A stretch of 64,000 nt of DNA from Thermoproteota archaeon (lineage in GTDB: Archaea; Thermoproteota; EX4484-205; JAAOZP01). A program made the position numbers and the translations under genes. The notes under the pieces are model-generated. The model was not told where the DNA came from. It did no database searches and saw nothing but the letters and a program-made list of their open reading frames with translations. The stretch lies in assembly GCA_038867695.1 (NCBI GenBank), contig JAWBXT010000001.1, positions 169 through 64,168 on the forward strand, read 5' to 3'. Every line of letters starts with the position of its first letter. Position 1 is the stretch's first letter. Below are positions 41,646 through 52,627 of this stretch, piece after piece.

Positions 41646-42221
41646 TTGGTGTGCGTAATGAGTGATAACTTAGCTAAAATAACTGCTGAATTGGTGGGGG
41701 ATCGTCTTATAATATGGGATATAAAGGATTCTCAGGAGGTATATCGAATGGGTTTCTTCGGCAAACCGGTTGGTATTCCTAAGCCTAAGGATTCTAACTT
41801 CAATGCTCCCTTAACATTAGACCTATTTGAGGGACTGTATCTTCTAGAAAAGGGAGTGATAAGAATCGTTGACAAAGACGGTAGAAGAGTGGAACCTGAA
41901 CAACTGTTTAGAATAGCTTCTAGAATCCATGAGGATTTTAAAAGTAAGTTTATAGTTTATAGGGATCTGAGGAATAGAGGATTCATAGTTACTCCTGGAA
42001 TAAAATTTGGATGCGATTTCGCGATATATGAGCACGGCCCAGGAATAGATCATGCGCCGGCAATACTCGAAGTTAAGAAGGTAAGCGATAAAATAGACGC
42101 ACCTGAATTCATCCGCGCAGGGAGGCTTGCGACCTCTGTTAAGAAGCTGTTCGTTTTTGCAATATCTGATACTAAAAACAATAATGTTAAATACTTGGTA
42201 TCTAAATGGTGGAAAGCATAA
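41646..42221 (+). CDS. endA: tRNA splicing endonuclease, catalytic subunit
   Basis: VYRDLRNRG; GIKFGCDFAIY; DHAP; SVKK; GKPVGIPKPK loop. Confidence 0.93.
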   Translation: MVCVMSDNLAKITAELVGDRLIIWDIKDSQEVYRMGFFGKPVGIPKPKDSNFNAPLTLDLFEGLYLLEKGVIRIVDKDGRRVEPEQLFRIASRIHEDFKSKFIVYRDLRNRGFIVTPGIKFGCDFAIYEHGPGIDHAPAILEVKKVSDKIDAPEFIRAGRLATSVKKLFVFAISDTKNNNVKYLVSKWWKA

Positions 42222-42287
42222 ATTTAAGTAAAATTATAGAGAACCCTACTATTTCGAGTTCATTTTCTTGTAGCTACTTTTGGAGCT

Positions 42288-42611
42288 TTAAACCATACGC
42301 TCAAGTACGTGTCTCTTCAAGCTATCTATCAGATTAGAGTCAAGAGAGTTAATAACCTTAAATATTCTTACATCAGTAACCTTGTAAAGCCGTCTATTTC
42401 CAACTTTGCTTTCCTCGACCATCCCACATTCCTTCAATATCTTCAAGTGACGTGAAACTGCTGGCTGAACAACTCCTGTCCTCTTTACAATATCGCTTAC
42501 ATACTTTCCGCCTTCCTTAAGGAGCTCCATAATCTCTAACCGGGCAGGATCGCTTAGAGCCTTGAACACCTTTGCTCTGAATACTTCTGGTTTCTTCCCT
42601 GCTTGCTTCAT
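42288..42611 (-). CDS. ArsR/SmtB family transcriptional regulator
   Basis: FKALSDPARL; QPAVSRHLKIL; probable start MKQAG at 42611. Confidence 0.88.
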   Translation of the reverse strand: MKQAGKKPEVFRAKVFKALSDPARLEIMELLKEGGKYVSDIVKRTGVVQPAVSRHLKILKECGMVEESKVGNRRLYKVTDVRIFKVINSLDSNLIDSLKRHVLERMV

Positions 42612-42836
42612 GGCTTCAGTATAGTCTTTAATACGTATATTTAAGTATTCACTGTTCATAAGAAAAATAACAAAAATTAAATAAATACCCTAGTGAAAAA
42701 AAGCTTCTAAAAACAATGTGGAAGTTAAATGGGAATAATAGATAAATGATTCTCTGCTAAAGTCGAATTTAGACATAATGATACATATGAGACATTAATG
42801 GAAAATAACGTATCTAGCTGTTTTTCCTCTAAGAAG

Positions 42837-43004
42837 TCCCGCGGGCTGGATTTGAACCAGCGACACTCCGGTTTCTGTCCGCCCGGTAGGCTGAACGCCT
42901 CCACCCGCGGTGGAGGACTACAGCCGGAAGCTCTACCAGGCTGCTCTTTAAATACTGGATTTGCATACGTGCAAGCCCAGTATTTAAATCTGAGCTACCG
43001 CGGG
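42837..43004 (-). tRNA. tRNA-Tyr(GTA) with two introns: D-loop 15/16 (42941..42989) and 37/38 (42873..42917)
   Basis: CCCGCGG/CCGCGGG acceptor; GCTC/GAGC BHB with AG|A and AG|C bulges; CTGT/ACAG BHB at the anticodon. Confidence 0.9.
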
Positions 43005-43262
43005 ACGTTTTTGTTATACGTCTACGTCCTTTTTAACTTTTCTTCGGGTATATTTTCGAGTCGAAGAAACAATAATACAGTTACCAATAGCACTGCTTCA
43101 CTAGGCTTTAAGCTCGGTGCTGTCAACTTAAAACTCACCCTAATATATCCCTGTTTTTAAAAAGGAGGCTAATGACCATTGTTTTCCCTAGGCTTTTACC
43201 GGACCTTCTTTTTAGGAGGGAAACGTTTATTACCACCTTTTCCATACCCCACTTGACGCTGC

Positions 43263-43520
43263 TTGGTTAGTAAGAAAAACATTAGTAAAGTTAACATACT
43301 CGATCATGTTTTAGTGCCCCGTCACCGGGTTTTATCTATTGAGGAGAAGGAAGCCCTCCTGAAAAAGTATAATATTAAACTCTCGCAATTGCCCAAGATG
43401 CTTACCAGCGACCCTGTTGCTGTGGCCTTAGGAGCTAAACCTGGAGATGTTGTAGAAATCATAAGAAAGAGCCCCGTTGCCGGGGAGACTTTAGCATATC
43501 GATTAGTAGTGGAGGGGTAG
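43263..43520 (+). CDS. rpoH: RNA polymerase subunit H (Rpo5)
   Basis: HVLVPRH; QLPKM; DPVA; YRLVV. Confidence 0.96.
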   Translation: MVSKKNISKVNILDHVLVPRHRVLSIEEKEALLKKYNIKLSQLPKMLTSDPVAVALGAKPGDVVEIIRKSPVAGETLAYRLVVEG

Positions 43521-43524
43521 GGGT

Positions 43525-46500
43525 TTGGGCAATATAGCTGAAGAGCTTACCGAAGCCGACCTCTGGACAGTTGCTGAGAGCTATATTAAGAGTATCGGGC
43601 TGGCGAGGCATCACATAGATTCGTTTAATGAGTTTGTAGACAAGGATATGCAGAAAATAGTTGATGAGGCTAAGAGCATAGAGGTTAATGTAGAAGACAA
43701 GATCATCCGCGTGGAGTTTGGAGAAATAAGAGCCCATGTACCGAGAATCATAGAGCCCAGCGGAGCTGTAAGAAACGTGTACCCCATGGAAGCTAGGATG
43801 AGAAACTTCACATACGCTGCTCCGATTTATCTTGAGATTAAAGAGTTGAGGGATGGGAGGGAGACTAGACAAGAGGTTCTCATAGGGGAGATCCCCATCA
43901 TGGTTAATTCAAGGTACTGTGCACTCGCCGGCCTCGGCCCTGATGCGAGAATCAGGCTTGGGGAAGACCCCTATGACCCTGGTGGATACTTCATAATAAA
44001 CGGCTCCGAGAGAGTCATAGTCGGTGTCGAAGACCTTGCTCCAAATAGGATAATCCTGGAGGAAAAGAAGATAGGCCCGTACTCCTTTTACATCGCCCGA
44101 GTATTCTCGACCACTGTAGGATATAGGACGAGGGTTGAAGTAAGACTGAAGGGACAGAGTAATGAGCTCAAAGTCTATCTTCCAGGAGTTGGACAGGAAA
44201 TTCCATTCGTAATAATGCTGAAGGCTCTTGGAATGTCTTCAGACAAAGAGATAGCAGAGCATGTTTCACCATTCCCTGAAATCCAAGAGTTGCTGGCACC
44301 ATCTTTCGATGCTGCCCAGAATATTATGAGCAAGGAAGACGCCATAATGTTTATAGGTAACAGAGTTGCCTACGGTCAGTCCGACAAGGTTCGTTTAAAT
44401 AAGACTCAGAACGTTCTAGATAAAATTCTGCTACCCCATATCGGTATGGATGAGTCTGCCCGATACAATAAAGCTCTTTTCCTCTGTGAAATGGCTGAAA
44501 GAATTCTCGCTATGAAGCTTGGCTGGCGTCCTCCAGATGATAAGGATCATTATAGGAATAAGAGGATTAGGCTTGCAGGAGGGCTTCTTGCCGAGCTATT
44601 TAGAACATCCTTCCGAAGGATGGTTAGAGACTTTAGGTACCAGCTTGAAAAGTTCAGCCTCAGACACAGAGCCATTTATTCCTTCTCGAACCTGATCACT
44701 ACAAGCCTAATCACCGATACTATAAACCAAGCCATGGCTACTGGGAACTGGGGGAAGAGACTTGTCGGTGTAACTCAGCTTCTGGATAGAACTAACTACA
44801 TATCTGTTCTAAGCCATTTAAGGAGAATTCAGTCTCCCCTGAGTAGAAGCCAATCAAACTTCGATGCTAGAGATCTACATCCCACTCAATGGGGTAAGCT
44901 GGATCCCAACGAGACTCCAGAGGGTGTGAATTGTGGTCTTGTGAAGAACATGAGCATAGGGGCGCAGGTCTCGGTTTCAGCAGACAAGTCCGTACTGGAC
45001 AGGGTTCTTTCAAAATTTGGCATCATCCCTGCAACTAAAGCTGATTTGGAAACCCGTTCAACGGCTTCAAAGATATTCATAGACGGAGTTTTAGTCGGTT
45101 ACTCTCACTCTGGCGAGGCCCTGGTTAGGGAGATCAGGAGCCTGAGGAGGAGAGGAGTAATACCGCCGGAGATAAACGTAGCATATTACGAGTTTAACTA
45201 TGGTGGGAGGATTGTTAAAGAAGTCTACTTTAACGCTGACCCTGGCAGAGTCAGAAGACCCCTTATAGTCGTAGAAGACGGGCAGGTCAAGCTTACTAAG
45301 GAGCATGTTTCTAAGCTAGCCCTCGGTAAAATAAGCTTTGACGACCTTGTTAATAACGGGGTGATCGAATTCTTAGATGCTGACGAAGAGGAGAATGCTC
45401 TCATAGCAGTATCGTTGAAAGATGTTACGAATGAAACAACGCATTTAGAGATAAGCCCGATACTCATGTTTGGCGTTGTTTCCACATCCGTCCCCTTTGC
45501 AGAACATAATCATTCCCCCAGGAATACTTATGAAGCGGCGATGGCTAAGCAGGCTCTTGGACTTCCATTCACTAATGTCAGCAATACCTTTTATACAACA
45601 TTCCACGTCATAACTTATCCGCAAATCCCCCTAGTGGCCTCTAGGGTCGATCCGATCATAGGCTTAGATAAGAGGCCCACGGGACAAAATTTCCTCGTAG
45701 CAGTACTCTCCCACCCATACAATATGGAGGACGCTATAGTTTTGAATGCCGCATCAATACAGCGGGGCCTTGCTAGATCAACTACTTACAAGTCGTATGA
45801 AGTCGAGGCCAGGAGATATCCTATGGGCGAAGTAGATAGGATAGAAAAGCCGGATTCCCAAGTTAGGGGCTACAGAGGAGACGAGGCTTATGCTAAGATA
45901 GAAGAAGACGGGATAGTTTCGATAGAAGCGGAGGTTAAGGGTGGAGAGGTTATCGTTGGAAGATCAAGCCCACCAAGGTTTTTTGAAGAATACAAGGAGC
46001 TTGTTTTCCAAGCGCCTGCTCGAAGAGATTCCTCAGTAGCCTTGAAACCGTCTGAGAGCGGTTATGTGGACAGCGTGATGATAACAGAGGATTTGGAAAA
46101 TAATAGGCTAATAAAAGTGAGAGTTAGGGATCATAGGATTCCGGAAATAGGGGACAAGTTTGCTTCTAGGTCTGGTCAGAAAGGGGTTATTGGAATGCTT
46201 GTCCCTCAGACGGATATGCCCTTCACGGAAGATGGTTTGGTCCCAGATTTATTGATAAATCCGCATGCCATTCCATCTAGAATGACTATAAGCCATTTCC
46301 TTGAATCATTATTCGGCATTGCCGCAGCACTCGAGGGTAGACAGATGGATGGAACAACCTTTATACATACGCCGGAACAAGAGGTTCAAAGGATTCTCGA
46401 AGAACACGGTTTCTCACCATATGGCGAGTTTGACTTTATAGATGGTATTACTGGAAAACGTTTTAGAGCGAAGGTTTTCATGGGGATAATTTACTACCAG

Positions 46501-46887
46501 AGACTCCATCACATGGTCAAGGATAAGATGCATGCAAGGGCTAGGGGACAGGTCCAGATGCTAACGCATCAACCTACCGAAGGAAGGTCTAGAGGGGGCG
46601 GCTTAAGATTTGGTGAAATGGAGAGGGACTGTTTAGTAGGACACGGAGCAGCCAGGCTTCTCCAAGACAGGCTTTTAGAAGAATCAGATAGGGCTATAGT
46701 ATACGTGTGTGAGAAATGTGGCACTTTTGCTTATTATGATGCCAAACAGAAGAAATACGTCTGTCCACTCTGTGAAAAAGGAAAGGATGTTAGCGGTATC
46801 GAGATTTCCTACGCGTTCAAGCTTCTCCTTCAAGAGTTGATGAGTCTCGGAATCTTCCCAAGAATAAGGGTTAGGGAGAAGGTGTAG
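43525..46887 (+). CDS. rpoB: RNA polymerase subunit B (unsplit)
   Basis: GGYFIINGSERV; GDKFASRSGQKG; RFGEMERD. Confidence 0.98.
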   Translation: MGNIAEELTEADLWTVAESYIKSIGLARHHIDSFNEFVDKDMQKIVDEAKSIEVNVEDKIIRVEFGEIRAHVPRIIEPSGAVRNVYPMEARMRNFTYAAPIYLEIKELRDGRETRQEVLIGEIPIMVNSRYCALAGLGPDARIRLGEDPYDPGGYFIINGSERVIVGVEDLAPNRIILEEKKIGPYSFYIARVFSTTVGYRTRVEVRLKGQSNELKVYLPGVGQEIPFVIMLKALGMSSDKEIAEHVSPFPEIQELLAPSFDAAQNIMSKEDAIMFIGNRVAYGQSDKVRLNKTQNVLDKILLPHIGMDESARYNKALFLCEMAERILAMKLGWRPPDDKDHYRNKRIRLAGGLLAELFRTSFRRMVRDFRYQLEKFSLRHRAIYSFSNLITTSLITDTINQAMATGNWGKRLVGVTQLLDRTNYISVLSHLRRIQSPLSRSQSNFDARDLHPTQWGKLDPNETPEGVNCGLVKNMSIGAQVSVSADKSVLDRVLSKFGIIPATKADLETRSTASKIFIDGVLVGYSHSGEALVREIRSLRRRGVIPPEINVAYYEFNYGGRIVKEVYFNADPGRVRRPLIVVEDGQVKLTKEHVSKLALGKISFDDLVNNGVIEFLDADEEENALIAVSLKDVTNETTHLEISPILMFGVVSTSVPFAEHNHSPRNTYEAAMAKQALGLPFTNVSNTFYTTFHVITYPQIPLVASRVDPIIGLDKRPTGQNFLVAVLSHPYNMEDAIVLNAASIQRGLARSTTYKSYEVEARRYPMGEVDRIEKPDSQVRGYRGDEAYAKIEEDGIVSIEAEVKGGEVIVGRSSPPRFFEEYKELVFQAPARRDSSVALKPSESGYVDSVMITEDLENNRLIKVRVRDHRIPEIGDKFASRSGQKGVIGMLVPQTDMPFTEDGLVPDLLINPHAIPSRMTISHFLESLFGIAAALEGRQMDGTTFIHTPEQEVQRILEEHGFSPYGEFDFIDGITGKRFRAKVFMGIIYYQRLHHMVKDKMHARARGQVQMLTHQPTEGRSRGGGLRFGEMERDCLVGHGAARLLQDRLLEESDRAIVYVCEKCGTFAYYDAKQKKYVCPLCEKGKDVSGIEISYAFKLLLQELMSLGIFPRIRVREKV

Positions 46888-46890
46888 ACA

Positions 46891-49800
46891 ATGAGTCAAG
46901 AAGTTGAGATAAAGCAGATAGATTCGATAAAGTTTGGAGTACTGTCTCCCGCTGAGATCAGGAGACTCTCCGTAATGGAAATAACGACTGACGAGACATA
47001 TGATCAAGATGGGCTCTCAGTTCCCGGCGGAATAATGGATACACGTCTAGGCACTATAGAGCCCAGGCAGAGATGCAAGACTTGCGGCAACCTGCCTGAT
47101 AAATGCCCAGGACACTTCGGCCACATAGAACTACCTGTTCCAGTAATACATGTTTCATTCGCACGGGAAATTGAGCGCGTTTTACAATCTACTTGCAGAC
47201 AGTGTGGCAGAATCCTCCTGCCAAACGATAGAATAAGCCATTACAAAGAGAAGATGAGGGAGTATGAGGATCTCTATGGTATCGTACCAGAACAAATCTT
47301 CGATCAGATAAAGGATGAAGTTAGGAGGGCTAACAGGTGTCCACACTGCGGTGCTGAGAAATACCAGATAAAGCTTGAAAGACCTACGAAATTCTATGAG
47401 AGAGATCCGGAGGGGGCTCTCAGACTATTAAACTCTCGGATAATAAGAGAGCGTTTAAACTCGATCCCCGATGAAGACCTTAGGCTCCTAAACATAGATC
47501 CGGAGGTCGCTCATCCTGCATGGTACGTTATAGAAGTTCTTCCGGTTCCGCCAATTCAGGTAAGACCCTCGATAATACTTGAAACTGGAGAAAGGTCTGA
47601 AGACGATCTGACCCATAAGCTTGTCGACATAATAAGGACGGCGCGCAGGATAAGGGAATACATAGAGTCCGGGGCATCCCCACTAATAATACAAGATCAT
47701 GAGGATCTTCTGCAATATCACGTAACAACATATTTCGACAACGAAGCTGTTGGAATACTCCCAGCTCAGCATAGGACCCGCAAGACACTTAGGACGCTTG
47801 CACAGAGGCTGAAGGGTAAGGAGGGGCGTTTCCGGAAAAACCTTTCTGGAAAGAGAGTTGACTTCTCCGCCAGGACAGTAATATCTCCTGACCCCTATCT
47901 CGACATCGATGAGGTTGGAGTCCCCGTGGAGGTTGCTAAGATACTCACAGTGCCTGATAGAGTTACTTACTGGAACAGGGACTGGTTAATGCAGCTCGTC
48001 AGAAACGGACCGTTCACTCACCCCGGCTCAGAATATATAATTAGACCTACTGGTGCTAAGCATAAGCTCCAGTTCGTTGAGAATAGGGAAGCACTGGCTG
48101 AAGCACTCGATGTAGGCTTCATTGTCGAAAGACACTTACTTGATGGGGATTTCGTTATTTTCAACAGGCAGCCCTCGCTTCACCGCCTCTCAATGCTCGG
48201 GCATAGAGTAAGAGTTCTTCCCGGGAAGACCTTCAGACTGAACCCCAGCGTCTGTCCGCCCTATAACGCTGACTTCGACGGGGATGAAATGAACCTCCAT
48301 GTTCCACAGAGCATCGAGGCCTCTGTAGAAACAAGTATGTTGTTAGGAGTCAAAAACCATTACCTTACTCCGAGGTATGGCGCACCGATAATGGGAGCTA
48401 TAAGAGATTTCATAACAGGGGCCTACCTCCTAACTAGAAAAGACACCTATCTCACTAAGGAAGAGTTTACGAGAATATTGTATGCTGCAGGTTATGAGGG
48501 GGATCTCCCAGAGCCCGAGGTTAAAACGCCAGAACCCCTATGGTCAGGCAGGCAGGCGGTCAGTCTTCTGCTCAGGAGAGACTTCAACTACGTTGGCAAA
48601 ACCAGTGTAGGAAGTACAGCAAGCAAAGAGGAGGCGGAAATAGTAATAAAGAACGGTAAAATAATATCTGGAGTTATCGATAAGGCTTCAATAGGCGCTG
48701 AGAAAGCGGATACAATCCTACATAGGATAATAAAGAAGTACGGGCTTGAGGAGGGCCATAGATTCCTATCCTCGTTCGAGAAAATGGTTAGGGAGTTTAT
48801 TCTATTAAGAGGCTTTAGCTTCAGTTACCGGGATGTAGAACTGCCTAGAGACGTTCAGGAGCGAGTTGAAAGGGAGGTAGATCAGGCGGATATTGAGGTG
48901 GAGAAACTGCTTGAAGACTGGAAGAGAGGCAGGATAAAGAGAATTCCAGGTATGAGTGAAGAAGAAAGCCTGGAGGCTTACATAATGGATGCTCTTTCAA
49001 ATGTTAGGAGTAAAGTAGGTAGCCTCGTTTCATCGTCACTAGGAATGGATAACAGCATGGTTGTTATGACCAAGACGGGGGCAAGGGGCTCGGACCTTAA
49101 CGTTGGTCAAATATCCGGTTGTCTAGGGCAGCAGGCTTTAAGGGGCAAGAGAATCTTCAAAGGATATTTTGAGAGGCCTCTACCCCATTTCCATAGGGGG
49201 GACCTAGGCCCGCTTGCAAGAGGATTCATAAAATCCAATTATTACCAAGGCCTTTCACCCATAGAGCTTTTCTACCACTCCATGAGCGGGCGGGAGTCTC
49301 TTGTTGATACTGCAGTCAGGACTCAGCAGAGCGGATATCTACAGCGCAGGCTGATACATGCCCTAGAATCTCTCAGGGTAGAGTACGATGGAACCGTAAG
49401 AGACTCCTACGGCAATATTATCGACATAATATACGGTGAAGACGGTGTAGACCCTTCAAAGAGCGACCATGGGAAGTCTGTCGACGCCTTCAGGATAGTG
49501 GAGGAATACTCATTATCTTTGCCGAAGAAGGGAAATCCAGCGAGTAAACAGGCTGTTAAGAAGATGATTGAAGAGCACGGCAGGATACTCCCAACCAGCA
49601 TCAAGAAGGAGGCTTTCCACGCTATAGTCTCTAAGCGTCTCCCAGCATCAGCCGCTAGGAAAGTTGTGGAGAGAATAGTTGAAGAGTATAAGAGGGCGCT
49701 CGTGGAAGCCGGCGAGAGCGTTGGAATCGTCGCAGCACAATCCATAGGAGAACCTGGGACTCAGATGACCCTCAGAACTTTTCACTACGCTGGTGTCAGA

Positions 49801-50736
49801 GAGGCGAACGTAACTCTAGGGTTACCGAGGCTTATCGAACTTCTTGATGCTAGGAAGACGCCGAAGACGCCGATGATGACCGTCTATCTAAAAAGCCCCT
49901 ATAACAAGGATTATAGCAGGGCACTTAGAGTCGCTAGGAAGATGGTTTATACGACAATCGAGGACGTTGCCAGAATAGGGTTGAAATCAACTACTGCGCA
50001 TGATTACCTCGTCATACACCCTGTTAAAGAATGGTTGGCAGAAAGAGGGCTTTCTGAAGACGATATACAAAAAGTACTTAAGGCACTGAACCTGAAGTTT
50101 AACGTTAAAAGCGACGGCAGCTTTGAAATACCCATTAGAAACGACTCGCAGAAACTCGAGACTAAGATAAGGAAGACTCCCGTGAGTGGCATAACTGGAG
50201 TCAAGGGGGTTCTCTTAAAGGAGGAGAATAATGAATACTGTATAATAACAGAGGGGAGCAATCTATTGGAGGCCTTCAATATTCCTGAGGTGGATTACAC
50301 CAAGACTATAAGCAACGATATCCATGAAATCGCTGAAGTACTTGGCATAGAGGCGGCAAGAGCAGCCTTAATAAACGAGATGTGGAAGACTCTGAATGAA
50401 CAGGGCTTGGACGTTGATTGGAGACATCTCTCACTCGTTGCGAGTGCAATGACCCAAGATGGAACTGTGAAGCAGATAGGCAGACACGGGGTAAGTGGAA
50501 GCAAACAGAGTATTCTGGCTAAAGCCGCTTTCGAGAGGGCTGTTCAAGTCCTCGTTGAGGGGGCTGTAGCAGGGATGGAGGATAAGCTACTCGGTATGAC
50601 TGAGAGAGTTCTCGCAGGCTCGGAAATTTACGCTGGAACAGGGATGGTCAAGGTATATGTTGATATAGGAGGTTTTACGAGGGGCAGGGAGGGTGCTGAG
50701 GATGTCCGAGAAAACTTCGTTAAGCAGCAGGCTTGA
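46891..50736 (+). CDS. rpoA: RNA polymerase subunit A, A' and A'' fused
   Basis: NADFDGDEMN and GEPGTQMTLRTFH in one 1281-aa ORF. Confidence 0.97.
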   Translation: MSQEVEIKQIDSIKFGVLSPAEIRRLSVMEITTDETYDQDGLSVPGGIMDTRLGTIEPRQRCKTCGNLPDKCPGHFGHIELPVPVIHVSFAREIERVLQSTCRQCGRILLPNDRISHYKEKMREYEDLYGIVPEQIFDQIKDEVRRANRCPHCGAEKYQIKLERPTKFYERDPEGALRLLNSRIIRERLNSIPDEDLRLLNIDPEVAHPAWYVIEVLPVPPIQVRPSIILETGERSEDDLTHKLVDIIRTARRIREYIESGASPLIIQDHEDLLQYHVTTYFDNEAVGILPAQHRTRKTLRTLAQRLKGKEGRFRKNLSGKRVDFSARTVISPDPYLDIDEVGVPVEVAKILTVPDRVTYWNRDWLMQLVRNGPFTHPGSEYIIRPTGAKHKLQFVENREALAEALDVGFIVERHLLDGDFVIFNRQPSLHRLSMLGHRVRVLPGKTFRLNPSVCPPYNADFDGDEMNLHVPQSIEASVETSMLLGVKNHYLTPRYGAPIMGAIRDFITGAYLLTRKDTYLTKEEFTRILYAAGYEGDLPEPEVKTPEPLWSGRQAVSLLLRRDFNYVGKTSVGSTASKEEAEIVIKNGKIISGVIDKASIGAEKADTILHRIIKKYGLEEGHRFLSSFEKMVREFILLRGFSFSYRDVELPRDVQERVEREVDQADIEVEKLLEDWKRGRIKRIPGMSEEESLEAYIMDALSNVRSKVGSLVSSSLGMDNSMVVMTKTGARGSDLNVGQISGCLGQQALRGKRIFKGYFERPLPHFHRGDLGPLARGFIKSNYYQGLSPIELFYHSMSGRESLVDTAVRTQQSGYLQRRLIHALESLRVEYDGTVRDSYGNIIDIIYGEDGVDPSKSDHGKSVDAFRIVEEYSLSLPKKGNPASKQAVKKMIEEHGRILPTSIKKEAFHAIVSKRLPASAARKVVERIVEEYKRALVEAGESVGIVAAQSIGEPGTQMTLRTFHYAGVREANVTLGLPRLIELLDARKTPKTPMMTVYLKSPYNKDYSRALRVARKMVYTTIEDVARIGLKSTTAHDYLVIHPVKEWLAERGLSEDDIQKVLKALNLKFNVKSDGSFEIPIRNDSQKLETKIRKTPVSGITGVKGVLLKEENNEYCIITEGSNLLEAFNIPEVDYTKTISNDIHEIAEVLGIEAARAALINEMWKTLNEQGLDVDWRHLSLVASAMTQDGTVKQIGRHGVSGSKQSILAKAAFERAVQVLVEGAVAGMEDKLLGMTERVLAGSEIYAGTGMVKVYVDIGGFTRGREGAEDVRENFVKQQA

Positions 50737-51010
50737 GCTTCTTGCTAAAACTGGTGTCTTTGTAACTGGTTTCAATGAAGTTTACAGACTCGTTCTAAGA
50801 GGAAAACTGGAAGGAGTAATATACGTCTCAAAACTGCCGGAGCCTTATTTGAGGATGCTTAAAAACGCTTTAGAGCTTTCAAAAACTCCGTCAATAGTCT
50901 ATGAGGGCTCTCGAGTATCATTAGGAAAGGCGTTAAGCTTAAAATATCCGGTTGCTGTCTTAGGAATAGTAAATCAAGGGGAATCGAAGATACTGGAGGA
51001 ACATAAGTAG
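50702..51010 (+). CDS. rpl30e: 50S ribosomal protein L30e (divergent)
   Basis: KTG-x3-G; 'YEGSRVSLG'; 'GESKIL'; conserved position. Confidence 0.8.
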   Translation: MSEKTSLSSRLELLAKTGVFVTGFNEVYRLVLRGKLEGVIYVSKLPEPYLRMLKNALELSKTPSIVYEGSRVSLGKALSLKYPVAVLGIVNQGESKILEEHK

Positions 51011-51012
51011 AA

Positions 51013-51462
51013 ATGTCGAGTAGGAGCGATGTGAAAACAAGTTGGTCGAATCAAGAATTAAGCTATATCGGTTTCTTCGAAAATGCAACCGGAGCAAGAG
51101 TAGTAGACTGTCTAATAGCAAACAATGATAAAACAGTCTTCTTCATACTTAAACCTGAGGATTTTGAAAGGATCAAGAATAGTTGCAGGATCCTGCTCCA
51201 GCATTTTTCAAAGAGAATAGGTAGAGAAGTGCACGTAATGGGACTCTATGATGATGTTGAAACCTTCCTTAGGCAAGCTCTCCACCCCGTTAAGGTGCTT
51301 AACATACAGATTAATAATGGGACCAAAGGCGGAAGAGTAGCCTATGTGACCGTTAACGATATGGATAAGGGAAGAGCAATAGGTAAAAACGGTTTCAGAA
51401 TACAGGGTATAAGAGAAGTTGCCAAAAGGTATTTTGGCGTAAGCGACGTTAAAATACGCTGA
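51013..51462 (+). CDS. nusA: Archaeal NusA
   Basis: FENATGA-x2-DC; KGRAIGKNG KH motif. Confidence 0.88.
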   Translation: MSSRSDVKTSWSNQELSYIGFFENATGARVVDCLIANNDKTVFFILKPEDFERIKNSCRILLQHFSKRIGREVHVMGLYDDVETFLRQALHPVKVLNIQINNGTKGGRVAYVTVNDMDKGRAIGKNGFRIQGIREVAKRYFGVSDVKIR

Positions 51463-51504
51463 ACCAGGAAGCTTAATAAGTACCTTCTCAAACGAGGCTT
51501 CAGT

Positions 51505-51933
51505 ATGGGGAAAGGAGAATTCGCAGCCAGGAAACTGGTACTCATACGTAAAAAGTTTAGATGGAGCTCTAGGTATTATACTAAGAGGGTTTTAAGGCTT
51601 AAAGAGCTCTATGACCCGCTTGAAGGAGCTCCCATGGCTAGGGGAATAGTCTTGGAGAAGGTCGGAATAGCGAGCAAGCAGCCTAACAGCGCGGTGAGAA
51701 AGTGTGTGAGAGTCCAGTTGATAAAGAACGGGAAGGAGATAACGGCTTTCGTCCCAGAGGATGGGGCTTTAAACTTCATAAACGAAAGGGATGAGGTCAT
51801 TATCGCAGGGATAGGGGGCACATTAGGCAGATCCATGGGGGACATCCCGGGAGTAAGGTATAAGGTCATAAGCGTCAACGGCGTTTCTCTAGATGCGCTT
51901 CTAAGGGGGAAGAAGCAGAAGCCGACGAGGTAA
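51505..51933 (+). CDS. rps12: 30S ribosomal protein S12 (uS12)
   Basis: [23 protein letters not shown]. Confidence 0.97.
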   Translation: MGKGEFAARKLVLIRKKFRWSSRYYTKRVLRLKELYDPLEGAPMARGIVLEKVGIASKQPNSAVRKCVRVQLIKNGKEITAFVPEDGALNFINERDEVIIAGIGGTLGRSMGDIPGVRYKVISVNGVSLDALLRGKKQKPTR

Positions 51934-51959
51934 AACTTTTATAAGCTTAGCTGTAGGCT

Positions 51960-52547
51960 GTGTCCAGCTTGGCTAAGCCTAGCATAGAGTGTAAGGTATT
52001 TGACAAATGGGGTTTCGAAGGGATAGAGGTAAGGGATCCTGGGCTAGCCCAGGTGATTAGCCTCAGACCGGTGAGAATCCCGCATTCTGGAGGTAGACAT
52101 GAGAAGAAGAAATTCTGGAAGTATAATGTTAATATTGTCGAGCGCTTAGTGAACAGGGTAGCACAGACGGCTAGAGCAGGAGGTAGGAAGGCGAAGGCAA
52201 TAAACATCGTTAAGGATGCTTTCGAAATAATAAGCCTTCAAACAGGCAGAAACCCTGTAGAGATTCTCGTTGAAGCACTCGTAAACTCTGCCCCGAGGGA
52301 AGACACTACTAGAGTAAGCTACGGCGGCATAGTCTACTACCAGTCTGTAGACATTTCGCCGGGTAGGAGAGTAGACCTTGCGATAAGAAACATCGTGGAT
52401 GGAGCTAAGATGAAGAGTTTTAAAAACAGGAAGACGATAGCTGAGGCACTCGCCGAAGAAATAATCAACGCCGCTAACAATGACGACTCCAGTTACGCAG
52501 TCTCTAGGAAGAAGGAGCTTGAGAGGCACGCCGAAGCCTCGCGTTAA
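51960..52547 (+). CDS. rps7: 30S ribosomal protein S7 (uS7)
   Basis: PHSGGRH; NSAPRED; KELERHAEASR. Confidence 0.96.
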   Translation: MSSLAKPSIECKVFDKWGFEGIEVRDPGLAQVISLRPVRIPHSGGRHEKKKFWKYNVNIVERLVNRVAQTARAGGRKAKAINIVKDAFEIISLQTGRNPVEILVEALVNSAPREDTTRVSYGGIVYYQSVDISPGRRVDLAIRNIVDGAKMKSFKNRKTIAEALAEEIINAANNDDSSYAVSRKKELERHAEASR

Positions 52548-52627
52548 ACCCTAGAGCAATCCTGTCAGCCTTCTACAGGGTTCTCAATACCCTTGGTGAA
52601 AAGCTTATAATCAGAGCCCCGGAATAA

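Noticed and set aside
42798..43160. 120-aa ORF
   Set aside because: Antisense reading of the intron-containing tRNA-Tyr
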